Below are positions 1 to 11,810 of a stretch of 64,000 nucleotides of DNA, piece by piece. Source of the stretch: Camelus ferus (taxonomy: Eukaryota). Each line of letters begins with the position of its first letter. The first letter of the stretch is position 1. A program made the position numbers and the translations under genes. Under the pieces are notes generated by a model. That model searched no databases, was not told the origin of the DNA, and worked only from the letters and a program-made list of their open reading frames with translations. Where the stretch lies: positions 99,450,001 to 99,514,000 of the forward strand of contig NC_045697.1 in NCBI RefSeq assembly GCF_009834535.1, read 5' to 3'.

Positions 1-1287
1 TAACACAATTCAGCAGATTACCGGGAAAGTGAAGCACTAAGAACCCTGATTTTTCTTTCCCAGAATATCTCAAAAATCAAGGCTGTTTACAGTGAAGGAT
101 AAATGCCTTCTGACCCTCTGCTTTTAAAAAAAAAGGACTAGGAAGTGAAAGAGAAGTTTCCTTACAAAGGTTTGCATGTGAATCCTCAACACATGATTAC
201 CTTTCCGCTCTAAAGCCAGAGTTTGCACTTTAAACAGAGATTTCAATAAATTAATGCATTAGCTAAAAAGAAATGGGCTCAATTTAAATGACTAAGCAAG
301 TGACCTGAATATTATTTCCTCTCAACAGCCTGGGCAACATAAAAAGAAAATGAATACAGAAAGGAATCTGAGTAATGCCCTACGTCTACAAGATCTCATC
401 TAAGTACAGCGTGTCTCCATGTGACATGACTCATGGGGGGCATGCAGCTTCGGTTCTGAACAAAGGATGCCCAGTTTCACTCAGCACAAGGCTAACTAGG
501 GCTAGCTTCACAGCTAACTAGGCATCCCAGCTATCCAGGTTTGAAGCATAAACAGAATCACACCCTCCTTCAACTGGACAAAGGCCCAGCACGCCTAGGG
601 GTGACCCAAGGCACGTGTATCTCAAGGCAGGTCAAACTGTACTTTTCAGAAAACCATGTCGTTTAACCAACCCTCAGCAGGCACCCCGACTGGACATAAT
701 CTACAAGGGCCTTTTGTCTTAGGCAGTGCTGCTCTGTTGTCTGGGGCTCTCTGTGCGGGGATAATTGGTTTGGCTGTCCATTCCACCCATCAGGTGATAG
801 AAAACTATCAATCAGGCTAAATGCAATGTGAGAGAAGTCTCTTTAGCCAATTAGTCAGTAATGAGAACATTAGCCACGATATCTTCTGCAGAGGGCACCT
901 TAGCCATTCCACTGGAGTCTGGGAAGATGACAGTCTCTGTGTGATTAATAAAGATCACAGGATGCTTCAGAAATTCTACATGGTGGAGAAGAAAATCAGA
1001 GAGCAACGCACTGGGAAGCGCTAGATGTTTTTGGTACCATGAGCACTCTGTGCAAAGACACTAAAAACCAGAACCAAAAGACTTCAGAGCTGGAAGTGAC
1101 CTTGAAGACAATTTGATCCAACTCCCTCATTTTCTGGATAAGGCGGGGAACAAAATGACTCATCCAAGGTCACATAGCTGGCTGGCACAGGTGCACCTTC
1201 ACTGGCTCTAAATGGAAAAACTCGAGGCTGTTGAAAACAAATAAACAAAAGACCATACATCCTACACCTACAAGGCTTCTGAGTTAC

Positions 1288-1291
<4 letters not shown>

Positions 1292-1323
<32 letters not shown>

Positions 1324-1334
1324 TTTTTTTTTTT
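1292..1334. repeat. (AG)15 microsatellite followed by T-run
   Basis: Directly visible dinucleotide repeat 1292-1321 and T11 at 1324-1334. Confidence 0.95.
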
Positions 1335-1644
1335 TAATTTGAGCTGACCCTCCTCCAGGTCGTACAAAGGTCCAGGCAAGTCCTCCTTGCTGTCCTCCCC
1401 ACCCTATCCTGACAACCCAGGTAGAATTCACCTAGGGTAGAGACACGCCTGTCCCACCACACACAAACATCCTCCCGGGTGATGCAGGATGTCCCCAACC
1501 CTGACAACCCCGATATTTTTATATGTCTTTTGCCTCTACTGGGCACAGGATCTTGCGTTCTACATCCCAAGCTTCCTAGGTGTTAAGCACAACGACTACC
1601 TATGGCGTCTTGAGGAAGCACTTCATGTATTTAGAGCAATGATT

Positions 1645-1810
1645 TCTAAGCTGTGCTGTCTGAGCCCATAATGCCAGTTCTACCATTTACTAAATGTGTG
1701 GCCTTGGGCCAGCACAGCACTCCCTTGGGCTGCAGTTTTTCCGTCTACAAAATGGGGATAATAATAAAACCTACCCCTCAGGATTCAAGGAATTAGTCTC
1801 CACAAAACAC
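1645..1810 (+). mobile_element. MIR SINE
   Basis: MIR core-like 'tgtgtggccttgggc...cagtttttccgtctacaaaatggggataataataaaacctacc...caggatt'; boundaries approximate. Confidence 0.8.
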
Positions 1811-2739
1811 AGAGAACAGAAATGGGCACGTGCAAGCTCAGCTGTTATTCGAGAAGGTGCTCTTGGGATGACAGCTGCAATGGCGGGGCTACCTCTGTGT
1901 GCACAGCCATGATGCTGCGGTAAATTGGGGTAAAAGGAAACAAAATTCCCAAATTCCAAAATGTCCTGAGGATGCAGTCTGAGGGAATGATGGAAAGGAG
2001 AGCTAGGTTCCAAAGGGAGAGCCGAGGTGAGGCTGGCAGAGCTGAGACAGTGGTCTGTGAAAGGTATCACTGAAGCTTTGGATGATGATGCCATCCATCC
2101 TGCCTGCCTGGTGGGATGTGCCCCAGTAGGGTCACCTGGACACAGTAGGGGGAAATCTGTGTGCCCACTGACTCCTGTAGCCCCCCAGCCAAGGCGTGAT
2201 GTTCCAGGTGGCTGTGCATGGTAAGCTTTCCTCTCATGCACTCGAGGGGTCCAAGAGCTCAACCTGAGAGCTCCTTGCTCAGGACATCCCCATTCTTGGA
2301 GTCCCCAGGCCCTGATCCTGGGGGTGACATCACCTCTTCCATGAGGCTCCCCACACCTGTTCTTCCAACTAGCCCCTTGACCGGCACGCGTCATGCCTCA
2401 CTGTCACTGCTGGTTTACTTTAGGACTCCCCCACTCATTCCATTTCTGTATTTCCTACTCCCCAAGAGTGCTTCCTGAACCCAAGGTCAGGCAGGAATTT
2501 GACAAAAGGGCACCCTCAGTGGATTGTCCCGATGCCACAGGCACCAAACAATAGGAGCCACCGTGATACGGAGTGCTCAACGCGCTGGCAGAAAATGCTT
2601 TTGAGACTTTTCTCTTTTAAGAGCAAATTACTATCACCACTACAATCCGTCTCCCCAAAAAGAAAAAGGAGACACACATGCCAACAAAGGCAAGTTCCTC
2701 TGCCACCGCTGGAGCAGGAGACAGACAACAAACACTCAC

Positions 2740-2813
2740 ACAGCTAAACAAGAGTATGAGGGAAATGAAGACCCAGGTGGACACACTCAGAAGACCACGA
2801 TGTACTTGGAGAA
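2740..2813 (-). other. Candidate internal exon (74 nt, probably non-coding/5'UTR)
   Basis: Minus strand: long polypyrimidine acceptor 'ccttttccttttctaccctcaactttcag|' and donor 'TGT|GTGAGT'; two of three frames contain stops. Confidence 0.5.
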
Positions 2814-3094
2814 CTGAAAGTTGAGGGTAGAAAAGGAAAAGGAGGCACGCTGCTTGACTTATGGCTCTTTCCTTTGATCTAGTGTGAATATTGAGTCTCA
2901 TATGAGAAAAACAGAGGGAGAGGGAGAGGAAGGGAGACAGGAGGGGAAGAGGGGAGGAGAGAGGGATGCCTCTTCATTCTCATTTCTATTCCATCATAGT
3001 GTTGAGAGTGTCTCCAATCATCTGAATGATTAAGCTGTTATCTGGGGAGAAGACAGAGACAAAGAAATAGATCTTGAACTTAGAAGACTTGCTG

Positions 3095-3444
3095 AATATC
3101 ATATGGTATCACTTATATGTAGAATCTTTAAAGAATGACACAAATGAACTTATTTATACAACAGAAAGAGACTCACAGACATAGAAAATGAACTTACGGT
3201 TACCAAAGGGGAAAGGGGAGAAGGAGGGATAAATTAGGAGTTTGGGATTAGCAGATACACAGCACTATATATAAAATAGATTAAAAAAACAAGGTCCTGC
3301 TGTAGAGCACAGGGAACTGTATTCAATATCTTGTAATAAACTATAATGAAAAAGAATATATAGGTATATGTGTAACTGAATCACTTTGCTGTACACCAGA
3401 AACTAACACATTATTGTACATCAACTAAACTTCAAATTAAAAAG
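3095..3444 (+). mobile_element. 5'-truncated LINE-1 3' end (artiodactyl-type)
   Basis: Typical L1 3'UTR 'gggataaattaggagtttgggattagcagatacac...aaggtcctgctgtagagcacagggaac...tgctgtacaccagaaactaacaca', ending in an A-rich tail. Confidence 0.9.
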
Positions 3445-4759
3445 AAGCTTCCCAAAACTCTCCAGAGAGAGGTACTATTCATCGTGTGGTTCTCAACTAC
3501 TATTAGAATTCACAAACAGAATTCATCTCTAGGCAGAAGATGAGGGTCCCTCCCACCTGAATGTGCACAATTAATGCAACCCTCCCCCTCCCTTATAAGG
3601 TTAATATGGTTGATATCCATTAATGTGTCCATCCTTCCATCCTCTAACCCTTGTGTACCACATTTTATCTAATATGATGTTCAACAGAAATTTGAAACTC
3701 CAACGCATACCCGCTCAAAAAATCAACAATACATAGGGTAAAGTGCTTAACAGAAGGACATCACGATTTTATGAAAAATGCCAATGCTAAATTACACACA
3801 GAGTAATTGCCAGATTTATGTCTTTCACGCTGACCTCATCTTGCCAGAGTATGGGAATCAGTGTCAGGAATGAACCCTTCGCTGATTTAAATAGGATTCA
3901 AATATATATATTATGCATAATGATAGTCTTCTCCCACTATTACATAAACATAAAATATCACCCTCCTTCTATTCTGGAGACATTATGACAATCTGAGCTA
4001 ATGCATTTAATTCAACTCAACTCCCTGAGAGAACAGAACTACAATTACAATTTAGCAAGTGTTGGATCCGTTCTGCTTGTCTCTGAAATGCATTCTATGA
4101 AACTTTCATGGAATCACTGTGTCGTATGACACACTGTGAATATTTTTCAATTTTTATATTCCTGACATTTAAAATAAGACTTAATTTTCCTTCCATAGGA
4201 GTTATTTAATGTCCAATAATATGCAAGCATTTCTATACAAATGTATACTGAGGCATCCTAATTTTAGAAAGGCACATTACACTGCTTTGGGAGCAAGTCT
4301 TGAAGCACCAACTATGAACGAGCGTAGTTATATACCCACCACTGGATACCCCACCTTCACTAGCCCAGGCTCCATGGAGTAGGGCAGAGGTGGGACAATG
4401 ATCAAGAGAGGCAGGAAGAAAGAGAATAGAAGAAATAGAAGAGAGGAAGAGGGAGCAAGCAAGTCAGGAGGCTCAACTGTTCAAAATTGGGGAGATGGAA
4501 TTAAATCCATCCCCACAAACTATCAGAGGCATGATCTCACCTCTAGCACTGATTAAGATGGGAGAATATTTTTTAAAAAACGATTCAGACTGATAAATGC
4601 AAAGAAAAAACAAACTAGGATTTAAAGGGAATGCTGCAATTCCATCATCCGGAGAGGGTGAGTATTTCACGAGAGACCTCTAACTAGAGATCTTAGTGAG
4701 ACCAGGTGCATAGTCATCTCTTGTTCATGAGATAAGTGAATAAAACAGCCAACCTTCAT

Positions 4760-4965
4760 ACGGGCTTACTAAGTGTAAGGCACTGTTCGGAGCAGGTATG
4801 AACTCACTGAATCCTCACAAAGCTCTGGGGAAGTGGGAACTATTATTATCCACATCTTACTAGTAAAAAGTAAGGAGTGCACCCAAATCGCACAGCCAGG
4901 AAATGGCAGAGCTGAGATTCAAATCCAGCAGTCTGATTCCAGACCCAGCACTATTAGCCATTTCA
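4760..4965 (-). mobile_element. MIR SINE
   Basis: 'aggcactgtt...aatcctcacaaa...tattattatcc...ggcagagctgagattcaaatccagcagtctgattccaga', reverse-oriented MIR. Confidence 0.8.
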
Positions 4966-7040
4966 TTAGGGAGTGAGTGAGCGAGGGAGTGAATGAATGA
5001 ATGCAAAGTTATGCTGATTGTTTCTAACTTGTGGCTTTAAAGGCTGTTGACAGTTTGTCCGTACCAGGAAGAATTGCCTTCTAAACGTGGGTCACCAAAA
5101 CCATGCTTCACACATGGCCCGACCCCCACTGCATCCCCATCCCAACCTAGTCTTCCCTTTTAAACGGGGCAAAGTTGGAAGTGAGGCTGATGTCTCATTT
5201 GTCTGACCCCATCACATCAGGACCCTGTGACAAGGCAGTGCTGCACTGCAAGAGTGACTGGGGCTTCCTGTGGGCCCCATGGTGCTTCCTGCTGGAGGAG
5301 AGAGATCAGTCCTGCAGTCCTGGTGCCCTGGTAACGTTCCAAGTGGGTACACACTTTATGTGAAGTCTGAAGTTTCAGTTAGTGGCAGGGTCTCCACTTC
5401 CTGTTCCAGGCTGTTGAGTAACAGCCTTGTACCTCACATCCCTGAGGTGCCTACACTTGGGCGGTAAATGCCCTGAAAGGCTCAGACCCATGGCTGATAA
5501 AACAGGTCTCCCCTATGGGGCCAAAGAGACAGAGTGTTCAAATCCAGGACTGTCCCAAGATGCCGCAGAGCACCAAGCATATGACAGTTTGAATGTGACC
5601 TGCGTGTTTTACGAATGTTTTTCTCCCTTCCCCTCTGCTTCTCACCCTCTTTCCTTTATTTCTCAACTCTTCACTCCTGGAGGCAGAAGAGGAGACATTT
5701 CTATATGCATTTATCTCAGGCTTCTTCAACTCTTAGATCCCAAACAGCACTCTTTTCCTCACCCAGCTTCCTTTTTGTTTTCCTACCTTTGAGAAATGTG
5801 CTGTTACAACAACCCTGATTTTTAGTTTAGAAGAACGCAGAGGAAGAGGCCCCCAGAAGGCAATACTGTAATATTTTCCACGCAGTCATCTGGGGGATTC
5901 GTGACCATACAAAAATTTCTAGTGGTTTTTGACATCCAACTTCCTTCCTTCCCCTGAACTCTCTCCATCTCCACACATTCTGCCGCATGTTTTGGAGCAA
6001 GTATTTGGACGAGCGAAGAATTTAAAAATGAGAAAAGTGAAAAATCCAACAACCACAATAATTTTTTTTCTTTTAGAATGGCAGCACTGTAGCTGGAACA
6101 GTTTCACAAGTATGCACCATAGATTTTAATCATATCAACTGTGCCCACCTAGAGTTAGCCCTTGGGAAAAGTCTAACAAAGACAACACTCTCAATCAGTT
6201 TAAAATAGTCTATTGTGACAGGAAAGTACCTTGAAAATTGGTGAAGACTCATACATAGAACCAGCTTCCCCTCTAGGGAAAATCAGTGCATATAAATTCA
6301 TTAGGGTAGTTAATTCTACCATGTAAGCAGCTCCTGACATCACTGCTAACACTTGGAAAAATAAGCAGCCTTATAGAATGAACAGACTGTAGACCCTAAA
6401 TTGTAGACAGACTGAAGACAGTTGAGTTCTAATTATGCTCCTAATAAAAAGGGAATCATAATACATCATCTTTTTCCAGGAGGATGTTTTAAGAGGAAAC
6501 AAGACAAATGGGTAAAAATACTTTTAGTTCTTCTGCGTAAGGCACTACCTTAGTTCTATAAGAAAAAGAAACAAACAAACGATTGGTGTGTTTTCCGAAG
6601 TTTCAATGAGGGCTGTGGGCCCAAGATGTTTTAAAAGCAGAAAATCGTTAACACTGGAGATGTTGTCAAAATACACTTCCTTTTGGTTAAGAAAAGGAGA
6701 GAGGGAGGGCTAAAAGGGTGGAGTGGAAAGGAATTGTCATCAAAGCATTGTTAATATGAACTGAATTATATTACAATGGTGATACTTCAACATGGGGAAT
6801 GAAAATTGTTCCGTATTATCGTGGATTGACAATATGACAATCGTTCATTGAGAGTGGATGACAGCTGTAGCATTAGAGCTCAGTGCACAACACAAGATGA
6901 ATGAGCATTACAAGTTCTTCCAGAATGGGCCCCTATTTCACAGCAGTTTGTATCAACCCAAAATAAATACATGCCAGTTTTTCACTATCTCAGCAAATTT
7001 AGCATCTCTTGACAAACCAATGTGCTACCAGCGGCCTCAC

Positions 7041-7204
7041 AGTGCCAGTGTCATGTCCTTGCTTAGTGGATTTGCAGCAGCTGTGAAATGTCAAGTCAAA
7101 ATGCCACGAAAGATCTATACAGCGCCTCGGCAGAAGAAAGGGCAAGAAACGGCAAAATGCCTATGCCCGGACAAGTGTGAACTGACGTCAAACTGTCTCC
7201 TGAT
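7041..7204 (-). other. Weak candidate exon containing a palindromic CRE (TGACGTCA 7183-7190)
   Basis: Acceptor 'tgtgttcctgcag|' (modest pyrimidine tract), donor 'ACT|GTGAGG'; unique, CpG-retaining sequence. Confidence 0.3.
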
Positions 7205-7499
7205 CTGCAGGAACACAGTTTCTGAACCTCTGTCTTGGAACCAGCCTCATTCCACTATACACAAGAGACATCTGTGTGCCTCTCATACACCTAAAAAAAC
7301 TAACACCACGTATGTTCCTTGAAATTAACACACGTCAGAGGCCAAAGATATTTACATTATCTCCTTATATGCAATAGAAGTCATTCCTGCTTACTTAAAA
7401 AAAAAAGCAAGGGAAAAAGCACAAAAACCACTCATAATGATACCACTAAAAGATAAGCCCTGTTCACATTCATATATTAGTATCTCTCTTTCCAGTTAC

Positions 7500-7790
7500 A
7501 ATGCATTTTTAAAAAGTAGAATCTGCTCTTTGTTTGGTTCCAATGCCTGCTTTTTAAAAACTTAGCTATCAATACTTTGTAACATTTTTTCCAATCTCAT
7601 TAAATATTCTTCTAAAATATAATTTGAATGGTGACATGTACTCCATTTTCTACATATACCGTAACTTAACATAGCTAATTCCCTATTGCTGGACATTTAG
7701 GCTGTTTTCAAATTTTCAGTATGAAACATAATGCACCTGTTATGTAATATTTGTATACTCCCTGACTAATTTCTTGGAATAAATTCATAA
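7500..7790 (-). mobile_element. Old L1 (L1M-type) fragment
   Basis: 'tactccattt...ccctattgctggacatttaggctgttttcaaatttt' resembles antisense ancient L1 3' region. Confidence 0.7.
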
Positions 7791-8189
7791 AAACCTCTAC
7801 TGATTTTCTATGACCCTGACTGTGACAACACTCAAAGTGAACCTGGGGGCAGTCCTTAGGTGGGTGTCTAGAGCATAATTTACCCATCATAAGAGCCTCT
7901 GAAGTATTGGTAAGAGTAGTTGAAGAGGTATAAACAATGGTCAAGTTCTTCATTTTATGCTTCAAGACAACAGAACCACTTATCCTTAATTGCTGCAGCT
8001 AAGCCTCCTAGAGTTAAGCAAAGCAATCTAGTCTTGGTGGGTGAGGGAAAGAATACTATATATAAAAAGGAGGGGAATTATATGAACAGTCTCTAATCGC
8101 CCAAGCTCAATATTAAATGTAAATTTCCTCTAAAAAAATCTTTCACTGAATAAAAAAATGTAAGCCATTTTCCAAATATTTCTAACTTG

Positions 8190-8530
8190 CTATCTTCCAG
8201 GCACACAGCAGAACTGCACTTCCTGGCTCTCATGTGGTTAGATGGGGTCATGTGACCAGTTCTGACCAATGAACTGTGAGCAGAATGCCAGTACCATTTC
8301 TGGGCAGGAACATTAAACTGCTGCTGTTAGAACCCCCTCTTCCCTTTGGTACAACCACTGGTGTGAGATAATGGCTAGTTTTGTCAGAATGAGTCCCTGA
8401 GTGAGGATGATAAGCAGTCCCCCTCCCCCACCAACCCACAATAAACATGAGCAAGAATTAAGGTTGTGTTGTTTCATACCACTAAGATTTGTTACTATTT
8501 CATCACCTTCCTTCTCCTGACAGATAAATA
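8190..8530 (+). mobile_element. MLT1-family MaLR solo LTR
   Basis: 'ggttagatggggtcatgtgaccagttctgaccaatgaactgtgagcagaa...catgagcaagaattaa...ttgtttcataccactaagatttgttact' MLT1 motifs. Confidence 0.8.
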
Positions 8531-10507
8531 CAGTAATACTTAACAGAGACAACATTTGTTGTCTCATGGTCTGATTTAAAATATTCACATCAAATTCCAT
8601 TCTTCTCTACACATATAGTTGGAAAACTTGGGAGAGTTACAGACATAATCTTTAAGGTTTCCTGGGCTTTATGATATGACAATTCAGTAGGTATTTTCCA
8701 GGGGCTTTTGGGTGCCAGGCCCTTTCGTTTTGTGCTTTGGGAAATACAAAGATGAGGAAGACAGAGCTGTGGCCCTGAGAAGATTAAAATTAAGTGGAGA
8801 AGATACAGTTTCAGAATTTCTATAAAAGGGAAGTTTAGGGTTAGCAATTGGGATGAAAAGGGCACTTGGGAGACGATCTTGAAGCTGTGTTTGCATAGCA
8901 AATGCATTCGGTATGTAATTATGCTTCCATGCGAAGTGGCTTCACAGGGAGGCTGATGGGGATATTGCAGAGTGTCTAATGTCCTCCTCCGAGCAGCCCT
9001 GGGCACCACCAAGGATACACTTTGTACAACTCAAAGCTGATTAGGGAGAAAGTCTTCGGGGGCCTAGATTTCCACAGGGAGAGACTGGAGGAAGAGAAGC
9101 CTTCTGGAAGGAAGGCCCAGCTTAAGCAAAGGCACAGAGGAGAAGAAACAGAGGACACATCAGGTATCCAGGGAGAGAAGTCATAATTAATGACTTAAAA
9201 GTATGTCAAACAAGTGCAAATTTGGGGAGGAAGTTCTGAGGGATCTGGATGTGTGTTGGAACTGCTAAGGCAGGATATTCAGGGCGGCGGAGGTGGGCGT
9301 GACCCAGGGGTTTGAAGGAAGAGAATTATCAACCAGGAGGGAAGCAGGAGTAGCTGGTCCTGGCAGGTTGGTGTGGCTGCAACATGGCGCCTGTGTCTGG
9401 ACAGTGAAGTTGATAAAACCGAGATGGCTGCAAGCCCCAGAGATGGAGGCACCAAGGCAAAGTTGGCTTACCACTATGTTTCCAGCTCAAAACCCCCCAG
9501 CACAGGGCTTAACATAAAATAGGTGAGTGGTAAATGAACAGTAGCTGGTAACACTAACCTACTAACCAATGGAGGGGCAAGGCAGTGCTATAAGATGTGC
9601 TAGCCAGTCCTCGCCTTTCTTCAAACTTCTTTGCCCACTTTTAGAGCTTTAGTTTGTAATTATGTCTCCCTCCCAGAAATGAGCACAGCAGAGGATGAAG
9701 TTCTGAAGCTCACTCAAAGCACCGGCCTACCTGTAAATAGTGCTGATTTAACCTGGGAGAGATCGAAAGTGAGTGAAATGATGCCTGGAGATTATCGAAT
9801 AATCATTTTTGCTGTAAATGGTATATATGAGAACTAATGATACTGACTGTCTTTTACCTCATGATAATAATAAAAAGATAAACTCAAAAAGCAAAACATT
9901 CCAGTTACTCAGCACTTGCGAAGGTTTTTCACTGGTAATTCCCTTTTGGTTAATCTGATTCCCTATACTTCCCTTTATGAAAACATTTTAGTTTCAGTTC
10001 AAAAGAAAGAAAGACAAAAAAAATCAGTATAAAAGGAGAAAAAGCATGTGGAATGAGAGAATAATGATCACTTTTCTGTGTGATATTAAGTAAGTGGACT
10101 GGATTTCTGGGCCAGTAGTCCGGGAGCATTTCAAGTATGAAAGGAAAATATCTTGAGGGAAATGGACGGTTTAACCATGAATATCATCCTTTTGATAGCC
10201 CACCAAAACACAAGCAAATCCAGGAAGAGATTACAGGAAACCACAACACCCTTGACTGAGAAATAAACACAGGTTATTTTTTCCAAAGGCTCATGAGAGA
10301 CCAAATAATAAGCCACCTCCAAAAGGTCAGTAGAAATTTATTCAGAATCTATTGGGCACAGAACCGAAGGAAGTCTCCCTGTACCTGGACTTCACCTGGC
10401 TGCCAGACCAGTGGATGCCTCTGCTACTTTTATCATCAAAGATAGCAAACACTTTCTGCAGAGAACTTAACTGGAATCTGTTTTGTTCTAAGGTCAGACC
10501 TACAAAG

Positions 10508-10565
10508 CCATAATTACCCAGGTAACTTGGGCCTGATGCTGCCCAAAATACCCAGGTAATTACAG
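10508..10565 (-). other. Predicted 25-bp RNA hairpin (8-nt loop)
   Basis: Minus strand CUG-UAAUUACC-UG-GGUA-UU-UUGGGC[AGCAUCAG]GCCCAA-GU-UACC-UG-GGUAAUUA-UGG; one U-U mismatch, all other positions Watson-Crick or G-U. Confidence 0.6.
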
Positions 10566-10948
10566 GAGAAAAGTCATTTCCTCTGGATAATCGCAACTAT
10601 ACCACTGGCTGTCTACATTGGCAGTTATCCAGTTTAAGAAGAGCCTTTCATTTCACTTTGTGCTTGCACAGCCCTTGCCAAAGACGACGACATTCTTAAT
10701 GGGGGATTTTTTTTTTTAATTGCCTTCATAAATATTTCTCTTCTCCTGCCCCATTCCCTAGGATGATCTGATGACTTCCTCTGCAGGACAAGATATAAAA
10801 TACTCTCTGCTAACTGATACATTCAAGGAAATGCATTCTGGAATGGGAGAATAATACAGTGAGACAGAGAGGGAATGAGGGAGAAGAGGAAGAATAAACA
10901 GAGGTGGCCAAGATCTGCAAAACCGTGGGGATTAAAAGATTCATAGCT

Positions 10949-10990
10949 GAGAGAGAAAGAGAAGAGGAGAGGAGAGAGAGAGAGAGAGGG

Positions 10991-11050
<60 letters not shown>

Positions 11051-11162
11051 AGAGAAGAGAAGAGAAGAGAAGAGAAGAGAAGAGAAGAGAAGAGAAGAGA
11101 GAGAGGAGAGGAGAGGAGAGGAGAGGAGAGGAGAGGAGAGGAGAGGAGAGGAGAGGAGAGAG
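10949..11162. repeat. 214-nt pure-purine compound microsatellite: (GA)n, (GAGAA)n, (GAGAG)n
   Basis: Directly visible; no pyrimidine on the + strand across the tract. Confidence 0.97.
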
Positions 11163-11359
11163 CCAGTGAGAGAGAGCAAAGCAGATATGCAGGTCGACAG
11201 ACGTCTTATTCAGAGTTTGAGCTTTGGCAACACAGGCAGTTTGGGGGCAGAAAGAAGCGCATCTGCCCGTCTGTGACTGCTCAAGAGGAGCGCCCATTCC
11301 TTTTCTTCACAAAGAAAAAAAAATGGCATTTATCTCAAGTACAGTGAGGCATATTAGGA

Positions 11360-11810
11360 TTCACCTCCCCCAGCCTCTCCTCTTTCTTCCTTCTTCCTCC
11401 TACAGTCTCCCTCACCACCGCCCCTTCCTGCTGGAAAAGAAAAGGTGGGAGGGGAGAGGGAGGGGGAGGAGGACCCACTGGCCACAGACAACACGGTGGG
11501 AGTCTCTTTTCTTCAGCTTTTACCAGCCTGTGGGGGTCAGGATGCTATTGGTTCAGCTTTATGTGTGATCTGGTGCCTCTCACTTAGCAACAGCGAGCAG
11601 GAGAGGCAGGAAGCGACACCACCTGGCTCTGGCGAGTGTGCGGATGGCTTAAAACGAGCCACTCACTCAGAGGGAGACAGAAGGGGAGAGAGAGAGCAGT
11701 CTGAGCTTAACATATTGTAACATTAAGAGCAAGGCTTAATCAGAGTGTTAACTACAACCAACAGGCAGTCTATGAGGGGACACAGACACTGGACAGGAGC
11801 TATTTTTAAT
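11360..11810 (-). promoter_or_regulatory. Candidate promoter region
   Basis: MEF2 consensus ctatttttaa 11800-11809, RFX half-site cttagcaac 11583-11591, CCAAT (minus, AACCAATAG) 11547-11551, GC box 11418-11424, G4 motif 11447-11466, retained CpGs, possible donor GAG|GTGAAT at 11364. Confidence 0.5.

Noticed and set aside
1771..2394. 207-aa minus-strand ORF
   Set aside because: No recognisable domain, non-ATG start, 3' end runs into a MIR; consistent with a chance ORF in a GC-richer patch
6858..7322. 154-aa plus-strand ORF
   Set aside because: No recognisable homology, and it is opposite to the inferred transcription direction
10823..11347. ORFs with ER-rich or SL-rich repeats
   Set aside because: Translations of the purine microsatellite
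11333..11349. Plus-strand ATG with good Kozak followed by ACA|GTGAGG (MAFISST)
   Set aside because: Weak donor, and the surrounding promoter motifs point to minus-strand transcription; cannot be fully excluded
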